This document shows, in pieces, positions 37,620 to 47,700 of a DNA stretch of 64,000 bases. Below the pieces are notes generated by a model. The model ran no database searches. It saw nothing but the letters and a program-made list of their open reading frames with translations, and was not told where the DNA came from. The translations under genes and the position numbers were made by a program. The first letter of the stretch is position 1. Each line of letters starts with the position of its first letter. Source of the DNA: Deltaproteobacteria bacterium (GTDB lineage: Bacteria > Myxococcota_A > UBA9042 > DTJE01); contig JAKPTZ010000004.1 of NCBI GenBank assembly GCA_029555025.1, forward strand, positions 3,373 through 67,372, read 5' to 3'.

Positions 37620-38552
37620 TCACTCCACCGGCCGACTGAACGCCCTGGCCCATGGTTCCCGATCCTTTCCCTTGTCCGTGCCGGTGATCGTCCGAAGCGC
37701 CTCGTGAGCCCTTTCCCGTACCATCGGACTTTTGTCTTCCAGCCGATCGATCAGTTCGGGAATCGCCGATTTCGACTTGATTTTCAGCAGAGCGCTGACC
37801 GAACGCAGCCTGACAAATGTATCGTCGTCCCTTGTTGCCTTGCGAAGATGCTCGACCGCATCGTGGTCACCAATCGAGCCGAGCGCCCAGGCTGCGTTCG
37901 CGCGTGCAGCCTCGTAAGGATCTTCGTTCATTGAACGAATCAGAACCTGAACGGCCTCCTTGTTCTTCAGCACGACGAAGGCCTTTGCCGCGATTGCCCG
38001 CACATCCGGGTCGGAATCAAGCAGCAGGCAATCCTTCAGCGAAAGGAACGTTTCGTGCGACTTGTCTTTCAACAGACCCAGGATGACGGCGGTCTGGATC
38101 CTGACCTCCCGGTGATCCGCCTTTATCGACTTTCGAAGCAACGGAAGCCACTTTTGCGGATTCTTCTTTACAATTCGGTAGCCCTTTTCAGCGGTTGCGG
38201 CCCTTGTCAGGTATTCGATGACTTCGCGTTCCTCGTCGGTTTCCCAGACTTTGTCCAGGTAACGGTAGTCGGCATCCTTCGCCGCCGGATGGAAGCGTGA
38301 CTTCGGCTTCTCGGGCTCTGTCGCCGGCTCTTCCGCTGAAGGCTGCGCCTGGATGTTCCCGGCGGTTTCCGGCGCGTTGGCCGGGCCGGCGGTGACCTTT
38401 GCAGTCACTTCCCCGGGGGCCTGACTCTTTTGTGCCTCAGCCGCGGCCTTCTGCCTGGCAACGACGTTGTCACCACACCCCGCAAGGGTTATCAACAATG
38501 TCAGGGCAAGCCCGAAGGCGGCACCCGAACTCAATTCAAGTCTTCTTTTCAT
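37620..38552 (-). CDS. HEAT-repeat lipoprotein
   Basis: Signal peptide MKRRLELSSGAAFGLALTLLITLAGC. C-terminal PBS/HEAT-like repeats (DPDVRAIAAKAF, DDTFVRLRSVSAL, SPMVRERAHEAL). Confidence 0.6.
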   Translation of the reverse strand: MKRRLELSSGAAFGLALTLLITLAGCGDNVVARQKAAAEAQKSQAPGEVTAKVTAGPANAPETAGNIQAQPSAEEPATEPEKPKSRFHPAAKDADYRYLDKVWETDEEREVIEYLTRAATAEKGYRIVKKNPQKWLPLLRKSIKADHREVRIQTAVILGLLKDKSHETFLSLKDCLLLDSDPDVRAIAAKAFVVLKNKEAVQVLIRSMNEDPYEAARANAAWALGSIGDHDAVEHLRKATRDDDTFVRLRSVSALLKIKSKSAIPELIDRLEDKSPMVRERAHEALRTITGTDKGKDREPWARAFSRPVE

Positions 38553-38688
38553 CAAAGGCCCCCTGGATGAACAAGGCAAAATCCGGTCCGCGTCACGCGG
38601 CCATTGTTACTCTTCGCGAGGCATTCTATATTAAAAACAGCTTTTCGGTCTATCGCCCCTTCAAACGGGCTTAATCAGGGGATTTCGA

Positions 38689-40338
38689 ATGACTATGTTC
38701 AATATCAACGCTCGCGACGACATGCTCGCGCACCTGTCCGGCAAGGTCTGGGACGTTCTTGTTATCGGTGGTGGAATCACCGGTGCCGGCATTGCAAGGG
38801 ACTCGGCAATGCGAGGGCTCGACACCGCACTTGTCGAAAGGGACGATTTTTCGATCGGAACGTCCTCGCGCAGCAGCAAGCTGGTTCACGGCGGGCTTCG
38901 CTACCTGAAGAACCGCGAATTCGGGCTTGTTCATGAAAGCACGACCGAACGCAACCTTCTGACGAAGAAGATCGCGCCAAACCTGGTGCGCCCCCTTCCC
39001 TTCCTCGTGCCGATCTGGCAGACGTCGAAGCCTGGCTACGGCGCGATGCGGGCGGCCATGGTCATGTACGACGTGCTTGCCGAATTGAACAACTTCCGGG
39101 CTCACCGGGCCCTGACCGTTTCCGAACTGCTCAAGCGCGCGCCGGCGCTTCGCCGGGATGGCCTGCGTGGCGGATTCGTCTATTACGATTCGATCAGCGA
39201 CGACACGCGACTGACCCTTGAACTCGTGATTGACGCGCATCGCCACGGCGCCGTTCCCGTAAGCCGGGTCGAGGCGCTTGAAACGGAGTTCGAGAACGGC
39301 CGGGTGCGCGGCGTCACGGTTCGCGACACCATCAACGACAGGCGGATGTTCGTTCATGCCCGGTCGGTGATTGTCGCGACCGGGATATGGTCATCGGAGA
39401 CCGCGGCCGCACTTGGCATCGCCCCGGCTGCCCGGCTGGATATCCGCCCGACCAGGGGAAGCCATATCGTTCTTCCGTACGACAAATTCCCGATCGATTC
39501 GGCGGTGACGATGCTGGCGCCAAGGGACAAACGGGCGATGTTCGTTATTCCGTGGAACGGGATGACGGTGCTCGGAACAACCGACACCGACTACCAGGGC
39601 GACCTTTGCAATGTGTTCTGCTCAAGGGACGACGCTCTGTATCTGCTGGAAGCGGCTCATCATAACTTCCCGGGGATTACCGCCGGCCTCGACGACATCG
39701 TCGGAACCTGGTCGGGGCTGCGCCCGCTGATCGCGTCGGAAGGTTCCGAATCCGCCGTGTCCAGGGAACACAGCATCGTCGTTGACGATCGCGGCGTGGT
39801 GACGATTGCGGGCGGCAAGCTGACGACCTATCGGATCATGGCCGACCAGGCACTGAAGGCGGCGGCGCCCTTCTTCAACAAGCCGTTGCGCCGATCGACG
39901 GCGGGCCGCGTCCCCCTGCCCTGCTCCGCCGGCCTTGCCGACGCGGCCGCCCGGCGCCGCCTTTCGGATGAGATTGTGACGACGACCGGAGTCAGTGCGG
40001 CCATCGCCGACAACCTTGTTGTCAATCACGGCGTGCGTGCCCGCGACGTGGCTGCGCTTGTTGTGAAAAATCCGGGACTTGCCGCACCAATCCTTGCCGG
40101 TCACCCGTTCATTCTCGCGGAAGTCGTCCAGGCCATTCGCTGCGAAATGGCCGTCACGCTTGCCGACGTGCTTCTTCGACGTACCCCGGTCTTCTTCCTT
40201 GGTCGCGACGACGATGAATCCGCCACCAGGGCTGCGGCGAACGTCATGGCGGCCGAGCTCGGCTGGGATCAGGCGCGTGTCGATTCGGAAATCGCCCAGG
40301 TCGCCGAAATCCGCCGGCGGCACCAGGAATGCCTGTAG
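38689..40338 (+). CDS. glpD: FAD-dependent glycerol-3-phosphate dehydrogenase
   Basis: FAD dinucleotide fold DVLVIGGGITGAGIA and LVHGGLRYL. 549 aa with the GlpD C-terminal domain. Confidence 0.8.
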   Translation: MTMFNINARDDMLAHLSGKVWDVLVIGGGITGAGIARDSAMRGLDTALVERDDFSIGTSSRSSKLVHGGLRYLKNREFGLVHESTTERNLLTKKIAPNLVRPLPFLVPIWQTSKPGYGAMRAAMVMYDVLAELNNFRAHRALTVSELLKRAPALRRDGLRGGFVYYDSISDDTRLTLELVIDAHRHGAVPVSRVEALETEFENGRVRGVTVRDTINDRRMFVHARSVIVATGIWSSETAAALGIAPAARLDIRPTRGSHIVLPYDKFPIDSAVTMLAPRDKRAMFVIPWNGMTVLGTTDTDYQGDLCNVFCSRDDALYLLEAAHHNFPGITAGLDDIVGTWSGLRPLIASEGSESAVSREHSIVVDDRGVVTIAGGKLTTYRIMADQALKAAAPFFNKPLRRSTAGRVPLPCSAGLADAAARRRLSDEIVTTTGVSAAIADNLVVNHGVRARDVAALVVKNPGLAAPILAGHPFILAEVVQAIRCEMAVTLADVLLRRTPVFFLGRDDDESATRAAANVMAAELGWDQARVDSEIAQVAEIRRRHQECL

Positions 40339-40341
40339 TCT

Positions 40342-42003
40342 TCAGAACGGCCTGACATCAAGGGATTCAACAAGAAAGTCCGCCGGCACTTCGCGGGAGC
40401 GGTCGGTTCCGGCCGGCACCGACCAGTTGAGAAGTGAAAGGATTCGCCCGTCAAAGGCCGTCGAAGGCACGTCGATGCTTTCGATCTTCTGAAACATTGG
40501 CGTCCGGTTTCGTCCATCGACTGACAGGAAGCCCGGTTTCCAGTCGGTGTCGTGCCCCCCGGTTAACAGCACGAACCTGTCTGCCGCATCCCAACTGCCC
40601 ACAATTTCGGCAATCTGTTCAAGCGCTTGCCAGGAGCCGCCCGGCGCGCTTCCGGGGCCGGCAACAAATACATGCACGTCGTCGCCTGGGCCGCCCCCCT
40701 TTAGAATCGCGCGGGCCTTCATGAGGAATGTCGCAAAGCCCGGTTCGGCTGAACCGCTGATTGTGATTCCACCCCGGTAACCGCAGGCTTCCGCGGACCG
40801 GACGGTCTCAAGCAGCCAGTCGCCGTTTCCGGCATCACAGATAATCCGATCCGATGAACCAGGATCCCTTGCCTGATAGATCAGGCCAAGCCGATGCAGG
40901 CCCCCGGCTTCACCGCTCTGAAGCGCGTGGAAAAGCCCGGTGCCTGCCCTGTGCGTCCCTCCGGTGCAAAGAATCACGTGTCGCGTTGAAAGCCGACATA
41001 GAATTTGTCGGATGCCATCGGTCGAAAGCAATTCGGTTCCGGCCAGCCAGATTGGCGAATCGTCCTGCACGTCAATTGATCGAAACGCCTGAAGAAGGTC
41101 GGAATCCGGAAGCAAAGCCACACTGATCCCGGAGCAGAACGCCGCCTTCCGGCACCGGGCGCAAGCCGGGAAGCGCACGAAGCCGACCTCCTGCCCCATG
41201 ATGTGCCCGGACGGATCCTCGCGGTCGCTTTCCCGGTACTGAAGTCTTCCGTACATCGTCAGATCCAGCCCGTCGGCCACGTCGGCAAGAAGGCACGGCG
41301 GAATGTTGAAAGGCTTCAATCGATACCCGCCCGAAGCAGCGGCGATCGCGGCCCCCCGAACCGCGTCGAGCGTCCTGTCCAGGCCCACCCATTCCACCGG
41401 CGTCACGTTAGACTTCCCGGCAATCGGCGGCTGAAGGATCATCAGCCGGACGCCAATCGCCGCCAGCATCGACGTGAACGACGCGAGATCATCGACAATC
41501 CCGGAATGCAGAACCGTGAAGGTGTTAAGCCTGAAGCGCTTCTCCCCAAGCGCCATGGCGGCCCTTACCCCGTTCCTGATTGCCTTGATTGCAGCCGGAA
41601 AAGATCCCGCGCGTCCGGTGACGGCCTCGTGAACGGGACTGGTGCCGCCATGAATCGAAACGCCCATTCCGTCAAGACCAGCCGAAACGGCCTGGCGGAA
41701 AAAATCGACGTCCGCCAGCCGGCTTCCGTTCGTGGTGACGGCGACGCGCTGGTAGCCCATCCGGCGCGCCGCCGCCAGGATATCGATGAAGTCCTTTCGA
41801 ATGGTCGGCTCGCCACCGGTCAGCGAGAGCTCGTCAAAACCGTTGGCGATTCCCCATTCCATCCTTTCTTGGATGGTTTCGCGGGGCACAAGCATGTCCG
41901 CGCCCGCGATGCGGCGATAACCGTGCTGATAGCAGAAAACGCACCTGTTGTTACACAGGATGCCTGTCTCAACCACCAGCGTCTTGTGGGCGCGACCTTC
42001 CAT
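40342..42003 (-). CDS. Radical SAM domain protein with C-terminal domain of unknown function
   Basis: N-terminal CNNRCVFC (CxxxCxxC) and a GGEPT SAM-binding motif. Downstream CARCRKAAFC. About 230 aa of unassigned C-terminal domain. Paralogous to the radical-SAM core at 53545-55410. Confidence 0.75.
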   Translation of the reverse strand: MEGRAHKTLVVETGILCNNRCVFCYQHGYRRIAGADMLVPRETIQERMEWGIANGFDELSLTGGEPTIRKDFIDILAAARRMGYQRVAVTTNGSRLADVDFFRQAVSAGLDGMGVSIHGGTSPVHEAVTGRAGSFPAAIKAIRNGVRAAMALGEKRFRLNTFTVLHSGIVDDLASFTSMLAAIGVRLMILQPPIAGKSNVTPVEWVGLDRTLDAVRGAAIAAASGGYRLKPFNIPPCLLADVADGLDLTMYGRLQYRESDREDPSGHIMGQEVGFVRFPACARCRKAAFCSGISVALLPDSDLLQAFRSIDVQDDSPIWLAGTELLSTDGIRQILCRLSTRHVILCTGGTHRAGTGLFHALQSGEAGGLHRLGLIYQARDPGSSDRIICDAGNGDWLLETVRSAEACGYRGGITISGSAEPGFATFLMKARAILKGGGPGDDVHVFVAGPGSAPGGSWQALEQIAEIVGSWDAADRFVLLTGGHDTDWKPGFLSVDGRNRTPMFQKIESIDVPSTAFDGRILSLLNWSVPAGTDRSREVPADFLVESLDVRPF

Positions 42004-42134
42004 GGCGCGATTTTAGCCCAAAAACCCTTTGTTAAAGTGTATTATTCGGGCAACGAAACCTTGCCGTGGTTTGTCCGGGCGGTTATTGCGTTGGCCCCGG
42101 GGTCGGTCGGGACGTTACCGAAGGAATTGCACTT

Positions 42135-43829
42135 ATGAAGCTGAAGTTAAAACTACTGATTTTATTGATTTGCGTGGCTGGTGCAGGATGCGCGGCATCT
42201 AAACGTGAAGTCGTTTCTCCAGGCGGGGTCGTCACGATTACCAACCAGTCCGGCGAGGATCTCGAGGTGTTTGTCGATGGATTTCGAACCGCCGTTGTTT
42301 CGGCCGGCACCGAACATGTTATCGAACGCCTGATTTCCGGAAAGCGCGTTCTGACCGTCACGGGCGTCGAGACCCGCGCGTCGGCCAGCAGGACGTTTGA
42401 TTTGAAGGTCGCCCAGGGCGAGGGATGGCGGGTCACCCCGCTTTCCGCGGCATCAGGTGGCGGTGACGGGCCTGCTCGGGGATGCCGAATCGATGTCGTC
42501 AACTCGACGATGGAGACTGTTTCTGTCGTGGTCAATGATTCCCCCGGGACGGATATCCCGGCCGGCGTTCGCGTGCGGCTTGACGGAATCTCGCCGGGAA
42601 CCGCTTTGATCCAGGCTACCGGCAGCGAAAGCGGGCTGGTTCGCAAGGCCGAAATTCCGGTTCGTGTCGATGTCGTGCCGACGTTTACCATAATGGATTC
42701 ATCCGGCGCGGTGCGCTTCACGAATCGAAGCGGTCGCGCCGCGTTCGTTTCCGCCCCCGAAATACCGGTCAGACAGGTGGAGAACGAAAAGACCGCCCTG
42801 TTTCAGGACATTCCGACGGGAAAGATTCGCTTTTCGGCTCTGGACATTGGCCGCAGGATTCTTGGCGACTTCGATGTCGATGTCGTTCGCGGCCAGGTCA
42901 CCGATATCGTCATCAATCAGCCCGCCGGGACGCTGAACGTCGTGTCGGACATTGCCTTCCCCGTTTCGATTTTTGCGGACGGTGTACTGCTTGGTACATG
43001 CCCGGCCCGCGGTGGGGCGTTATTCACCGGCCTGGTTCCCGGCAACAACAACCTGAAGGCGGTCGGCGATCGCGACAACGTCGTCGCGTCAACGTGGCTT
43101 GAGATAACGCCCCAGACCAACCTCTGGCTGATTTCCGAGACCAGCGGAACGCCATTGAAGGCGGGTACCGGCGCGGTCGAGGTGGAAAACCCTTCAAGGG
43201 AAAAGCTGGAGATGTACGTTGACGGAACGCTTGCCGGTGTCATCGACCCCGGCTCAAAAAGGGTTGCCGTCGATCTTCTGCCCGGCGATCACGTTGTAGC
43301 GGTCGTTGGCAAGACATCGCGTTCGCTCGTGACCGCCACCGTTGCGGTACGGGACGGCGCGCGTGCCCGTTGGAAGGTCGCGATGCCGGTGGCGACGCTT
43401 TCGGTGATGAATTCATCCAGGGAAAGGGTGAACGTCTATTCCGATGGACGCCTGCTGGGACAGGCCGATCCGGCAACCGCTTCCTCGTTTCCGATTACCC
43501 AGGGCGAGCATCGAATCGAAGTGACCGGCGCCGTCAGCATGAACGGGATTTCGCGCACCATGGTGTTCCCGGCCGGCACCACCACGAAATTGCCGTTTGC
43601 CGGGCCGATGGTCACGGTCGTCGCGACCAACACCTTCACGGATGAGGTCGAAATCAGGATTAACGACAGATTGATTGGCAAACTGAAGCCAAACGAGAGG
43701 GTCACCGTTTCCGACGTTCAGCCCGGCACCCTCCGCCTGGCGGCCGAATCGACGAAACGACCTGTCAGCATGACCGTGATGATAAATCTGGCGGCCGGGG
43801 ATGCTTTCGACTGGAACATCGTGCCCTGA
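42135..43829 (+). CDS. Hypothetical lipoprotein with internal ~80-aa beta-rich repeats
   Basis: Lipoprotein signal MKLKLKLLILLICVAGAGC. Repeating pattern V.N.S.E.V.V.VDG...G.I.PG. No catalytic motif. Confidence 0.6.
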   Translation: MKLKLKLLILLICVAGAGCAASKREVVSPGGVVTITNQSGEDLEVFVDGFRTAVVSAGTEHVIERLISGKRVLTVTGVETRASASRTFDLKVAQGEGWRVTPLSAASGGGDGPARGCRIDVVNSTMETVSVVVNDSPGTDIPAGVRVRLDGISPGTALIQATGSESGLVRKAEIPVRVDVVPTFTIMDSSGAVRFTNRSGRAAFVSAPEIPVRQVENEKTALFQDIPTGKIRFSALDIGRRILGDFDVDVVRGQVTDIVINQPAGTLNVVSDIAFPVSIFADGVLLGTCPARGGALFTGLVPGNNNLKAVGDRDNVVASTWLEITPQTNLWLISETSGTPLKAGTGAVEVENPSREKLEMYVDGTLAGVIDPGSKRVAVDLLPGDHVVAVVGKTSRSLVTATVAVRDGARARWKVAMPVATLSVMNSSRERVNVYSDGRLLGQADPATASSFPITQGEHRIEVTGAVSMNGISRTMVFPAGTTTKLPFAGPMVTVVATNTFTDEVEIRINDRLIGKLKPNERVTVSDVQPGTLRLAAESTKRPVSMTVMINLAAGDAFDWNIVP

Positions 43830-43873
43830 TGCGCTCGTCCTGAGTCCGGAACGCTGAATCCCGAGCACCAGCC

Positions 43874-44701
43874 TTACAGGCCAACCGGGAACCACACGAA
43901 CAGCCACAGCCAGGTTATCGGTGCAACAAAGAGGAAGGCGTCGATCCGATCAAGCATGCCGCCATGGCCGGGAAGCAGGTTCCCGGAATCCTTGACGCCG
44001 GCCGATCGCTTGAACATCGATTCAGCAAGATCGCCAAGCTGACCGAGCACTCCGCCGACAATCCCAAGGCCAAGGAGAGGAAGCCACGGATAATCAATCC
44101 CGAAGATGGCTCGAATCGCGAAAACGCCGCCGATGCTTCCGATCATCCCGGAAATCGATCCGGCCCAGGTCTTGTTCGGGCTGATCGCCGGGTACATCTT
44201 GCTGCGACCGAACAGCTTGCCCCCGAAGTAGGCCATCGTGTCGTTCAGCCATGTAATGACACCGGCAGTCAGGACGGCCCAGCGCCCGACCATCGCGACC
44301 TCGTCCGGGACCTTGATCATCCGGACGCAGATGGCTCCGGCGACTCCGACGTAAACAATCGCCGTCACGACCATGGCGGCCCGGTGTCCGGCATTCTCGA
44401 TGGGGTGCGGTGTCAGAAGCACGACAATCAATCCAAGCATCCCGGCAACGAAAACCGTCTGGACGACGGGGAAAAGCCATTCCGAATCGCCAAGCAGCGC
44501 TGAAACGACGATTACCGAGACGCTTCCAATCAAGGCCATCGCACTGTCAATGCGTCTTCCCTTCGCGAGCGCGGCAAATTCCAACGCGGCCATCCCGAAG
44601 ATCACGGCGATGATTCCGGCCAGAACCGGAGATGGCGCAAGAACAATGGCGGCAATAATGGCCGCCGAAAGGATCACGCCCGTTACCACTTTGATAATCA
44701 T
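43874..44701 (-). CDS. cdsA: Phosphatidate cytidylyltransferase
   Basis: Multi-TM protein with the C-terminal CTP-transferase signature (KRSAGVKDSGNLLPGHGGMLDRIDAFLF). Confidence 0.85.
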   Translation of the reverse strand: MIIKVVTGVILSAAIIAAIVLAPSPVLAGIIAVIFGMAALEFAALAKGRRIDSAMALIGSVSVIVVSALLGDSEWLFPVVQTVFVAGMLGLIVVLLTPHPIENAGHRAAMVVTAIVYVGVAGAICVRMIKVPDEVAMVGRWAVLTAGVITWLNDTMAYFGGKLFGRSKMYPAISPNKTWAGSISGMIGSIGGVFAIRAIFGIDYPWLPLLGLGIVGGVLGQLGDLAESMFKRSAGVKDSGNLLPGHGGMLDRIDAFLFVAPITWLWLFVWFPVGL

Positions 44702-47700
44702 CTGTTAACCACCTCGAAGAATCCAAGTTCGTCAAGCCTTCTCATGGAAAGAATGGAATGCCAGCCCCAGTTTTCACCGTTGGCCACGGCCAGCCTGAAA
44801 CTCTCGGTCGCGTCGGCGCGCAGCCCTAGTGCAAGCTGAATTGTCCCCAGATGATTGAAGCATTCGGCAAGGCCCAGGCCGGAATCGCTTCGACTCCAGA
44901 AACGCCTGGCCTGCAACTGAATCTGAAGGGCCTTATGGATCTGGCCGTACTTGAACAGGGCCCACGCCTCGGTCTCAAGGTATGCCCCGCGATCCATCCC
45001 GCCCAACTCCGATGCCACTCGAATCTGGTCGAGTGCCCTCGCCTTCCCATGGCCGAAAATCGAAAGCGTGTATGCAAGGTTATTACGGTTGGTGGGCGAC
45101 GACGGCGAAATCCCGATTTCGTTTTCCATCACGCCAAAGACGGCCGCCCCATTCCCTTCGGTGTCCGCCATTCCAAGAATCTGCGAGTACAGGAGAATGA
45201 ACCGTGTCGGATCCGTGCCGGGGACATCGATCGCCCGAAGCGCGAAATCCGCGGCAATAGCGCGATCCTGGCTCCAGACCGACGTCTGATCCCCGATGTA
45301 TTCAATCACAGCCTGTACAAGCGTTACCCGGTCGCTGACGGATCCAAGCCGCCCGAACCCGAGTTCACACCAGTCAAGCGCGTCCCGGATCCTGCCTTCA
45401 ATCATGGCGGCCCGAACGGCCTGGTTCATCAGTTTCATCCATCCTTCGTCGGGATAAGAATTTCGGAACCTGACGGACTTCGGCCCGGAAGCCCTGGCAT
45501 CGAGCAGGTCGGCCAACTGATCCTTCAGAAATGCGGCCGAGCAACGTCCATCCAGGAAAGTTGCCTGAACTGCCTGGATAAACCCGGAATCGCCCGGCCC
45601 GGCACCGAAGGCCCGCCCGACAAGCTGCCCGCAGGCGCCCTCGCGATCCCTCGCGTTGAGAAGCGCGAAGTCCAGCAGCCTGGCCCCGCGATCGCATGCC
45701 GGATCAATCCTGTAAAACGACTGGACTGACGAGGCAACCTGATCAAATACGTCGGGAGGAAGCCCGCCCGCGACCTTTCCCCCGTTCAAGGCAAGGAGCC
45801 CGTCGGCAAGGTGGAAGGCGACCCGGTATCGAAGGGACGCGGCAGCGTATGCCAGAAGGACCGTGGCCGACCTGGTTTGATCGGCATGCATGGCCAGGAT
45901 CCGCCCGGCCGTTTCGATTGCCCCGGCCTCGTCGCCGGTCTCGACGCGTGCCTTGAAAAGCTCGGACAGCCTGTCGATGGTCCATCCGTACCTGTCCCCG
46001 GCCCGAAGGACGAAATCCCTGGCCAGGCGGGGTTGGAAGAAGTCCAGCAAGGTTGCGACAACGACCGGAACGTGACGACCGGGGAACGGAAGCGATTCGG
46101 TGATGCTCCAGACTCGCGCATCGAGCCCGTCAACCTGCCCCGCCCTGATTGACGCAAGCGTGGAATCCAGGAAAAGCGAGGACTGTTCCTTCATCAAGGA
46201 CAGACCGACGGAAGCGGCCCTGACGTCGGACTCCGGATCCCCGGCGGCACGAGCCACGGCGGATTCCAGCGAAAAACGCATCAGTTGGTCATCGGTGATT
46301 TTCGCGATGAAGTCGGGGGTTACGCGGTTCGGAATCCTTGCCAGCAATGCGCCCTTCACAGCGATGTGAACGGCCCGGCTCATGTCGTTGACGTCCAGGT
46401 CGAACATCTGGAGATAGCCGACCGCGGCCTCGACAGCAGAACGCCAGCGGCCACACTGGAAAAGAAGATCGGCGACGGTAAGCACGTCAACGGCCGCCGC
46501 GGTCTCGCCGCCGGGCATGTCGGTGGCCCCGATCGAGGTCGGCACCAGCCTGTCAATCGCCTGGTCAAGCATCTTGTCTTCACCGGCCAGGCATGCGGCC
46601 AGCAAGGCGGTCTGCGCGAACGATGCCCCGCGGCGTTCAAGCGCCTCGCGCGCAAGCACGGATGCGGTGCCGCGCCTTGCCTCCTGCCGAATATAGTTGA
46701 CAAGATCCGTCCGTTCCTTGCCCTTGTCCTTGAAGCTTATGGTGCGCACCCCCCGAACGACCCTGAAGAAGGCCGCCCTGGCGCGCTTAAGCGCGGCGTC
46801 GCCCGGCAGTGCGACATCCGAGGACGCCTGCAGCATTTCCTCCAGTTCGGTGCGCTGTCCGACGCGAAGCGCCCTGGGCCTGTCCTGGAAAAGCCCGGAA
46901 ATCACGTCGGCCGCGGCTTCCGACTCAAGAAACCCGAAAACGAATCTGCGATATGCCGAAATCTCCTCGGGCTCGCCATCCGATTCCAGAACCTTCCTGA
47001 ATTCGCCGACGGCCCGATCCCTTTCCCCGATTGCCCAGAGCATCGCCGCGTACTGTATGCGTTCACGCAGCGCCAGCCCGTCGATGCCGACCTTCTCGAT
47101 GTCGGCGATTACGGAAGTTGCGTCGGTGTAAGCCAGGGAAGCGAAGGCGGCGGCCCTGCCGGCATCGAGTGATCCGCCCGAGGCGCGGACATAGCGCGAG
47201 GCAAAGGCACCGGCCCCGGCCAGATCGCCCCGGGATGCAAACGAACTCAGAATAACGAACAAATCCTGCTGGGTCATGCCGGCGACAAGTTCGTCCCTGG
47301 CACCCTCGAGCAGGCCCACCGCATCCCTGAAAAGGCCGGCTGTCACAAGATGCATGAAGGCGACGCCAAGCATGCGCGGCCCTTCGGCCGAATACTTCTG
47401 AACCAGGGCCAGGCCATCTTCGCGCCGGCCGGCAATTATCAAGTTGATTCCTGCCTCGACCAGGATTCTTCCGTCGATGGCCATATCTTCGCGGGCTGCC
47501 AGGTCGGCCAGCAGCGACGTCCACCTGTCGCGGCCGAGCAATTCGGGAAGAACCGGCCACACGTCCTCGATGCGGGTCGCATTCTTGTATATCTCGGGTG
47601 AAAGAAGCCGCGCGGCCTGCAAGGCCACATCTCCATCCCCCTTCCTTACCGCCATGCTTACAAGAGCTGCGGCGTCACGGCCCGAAATTCGCTCGGGATG

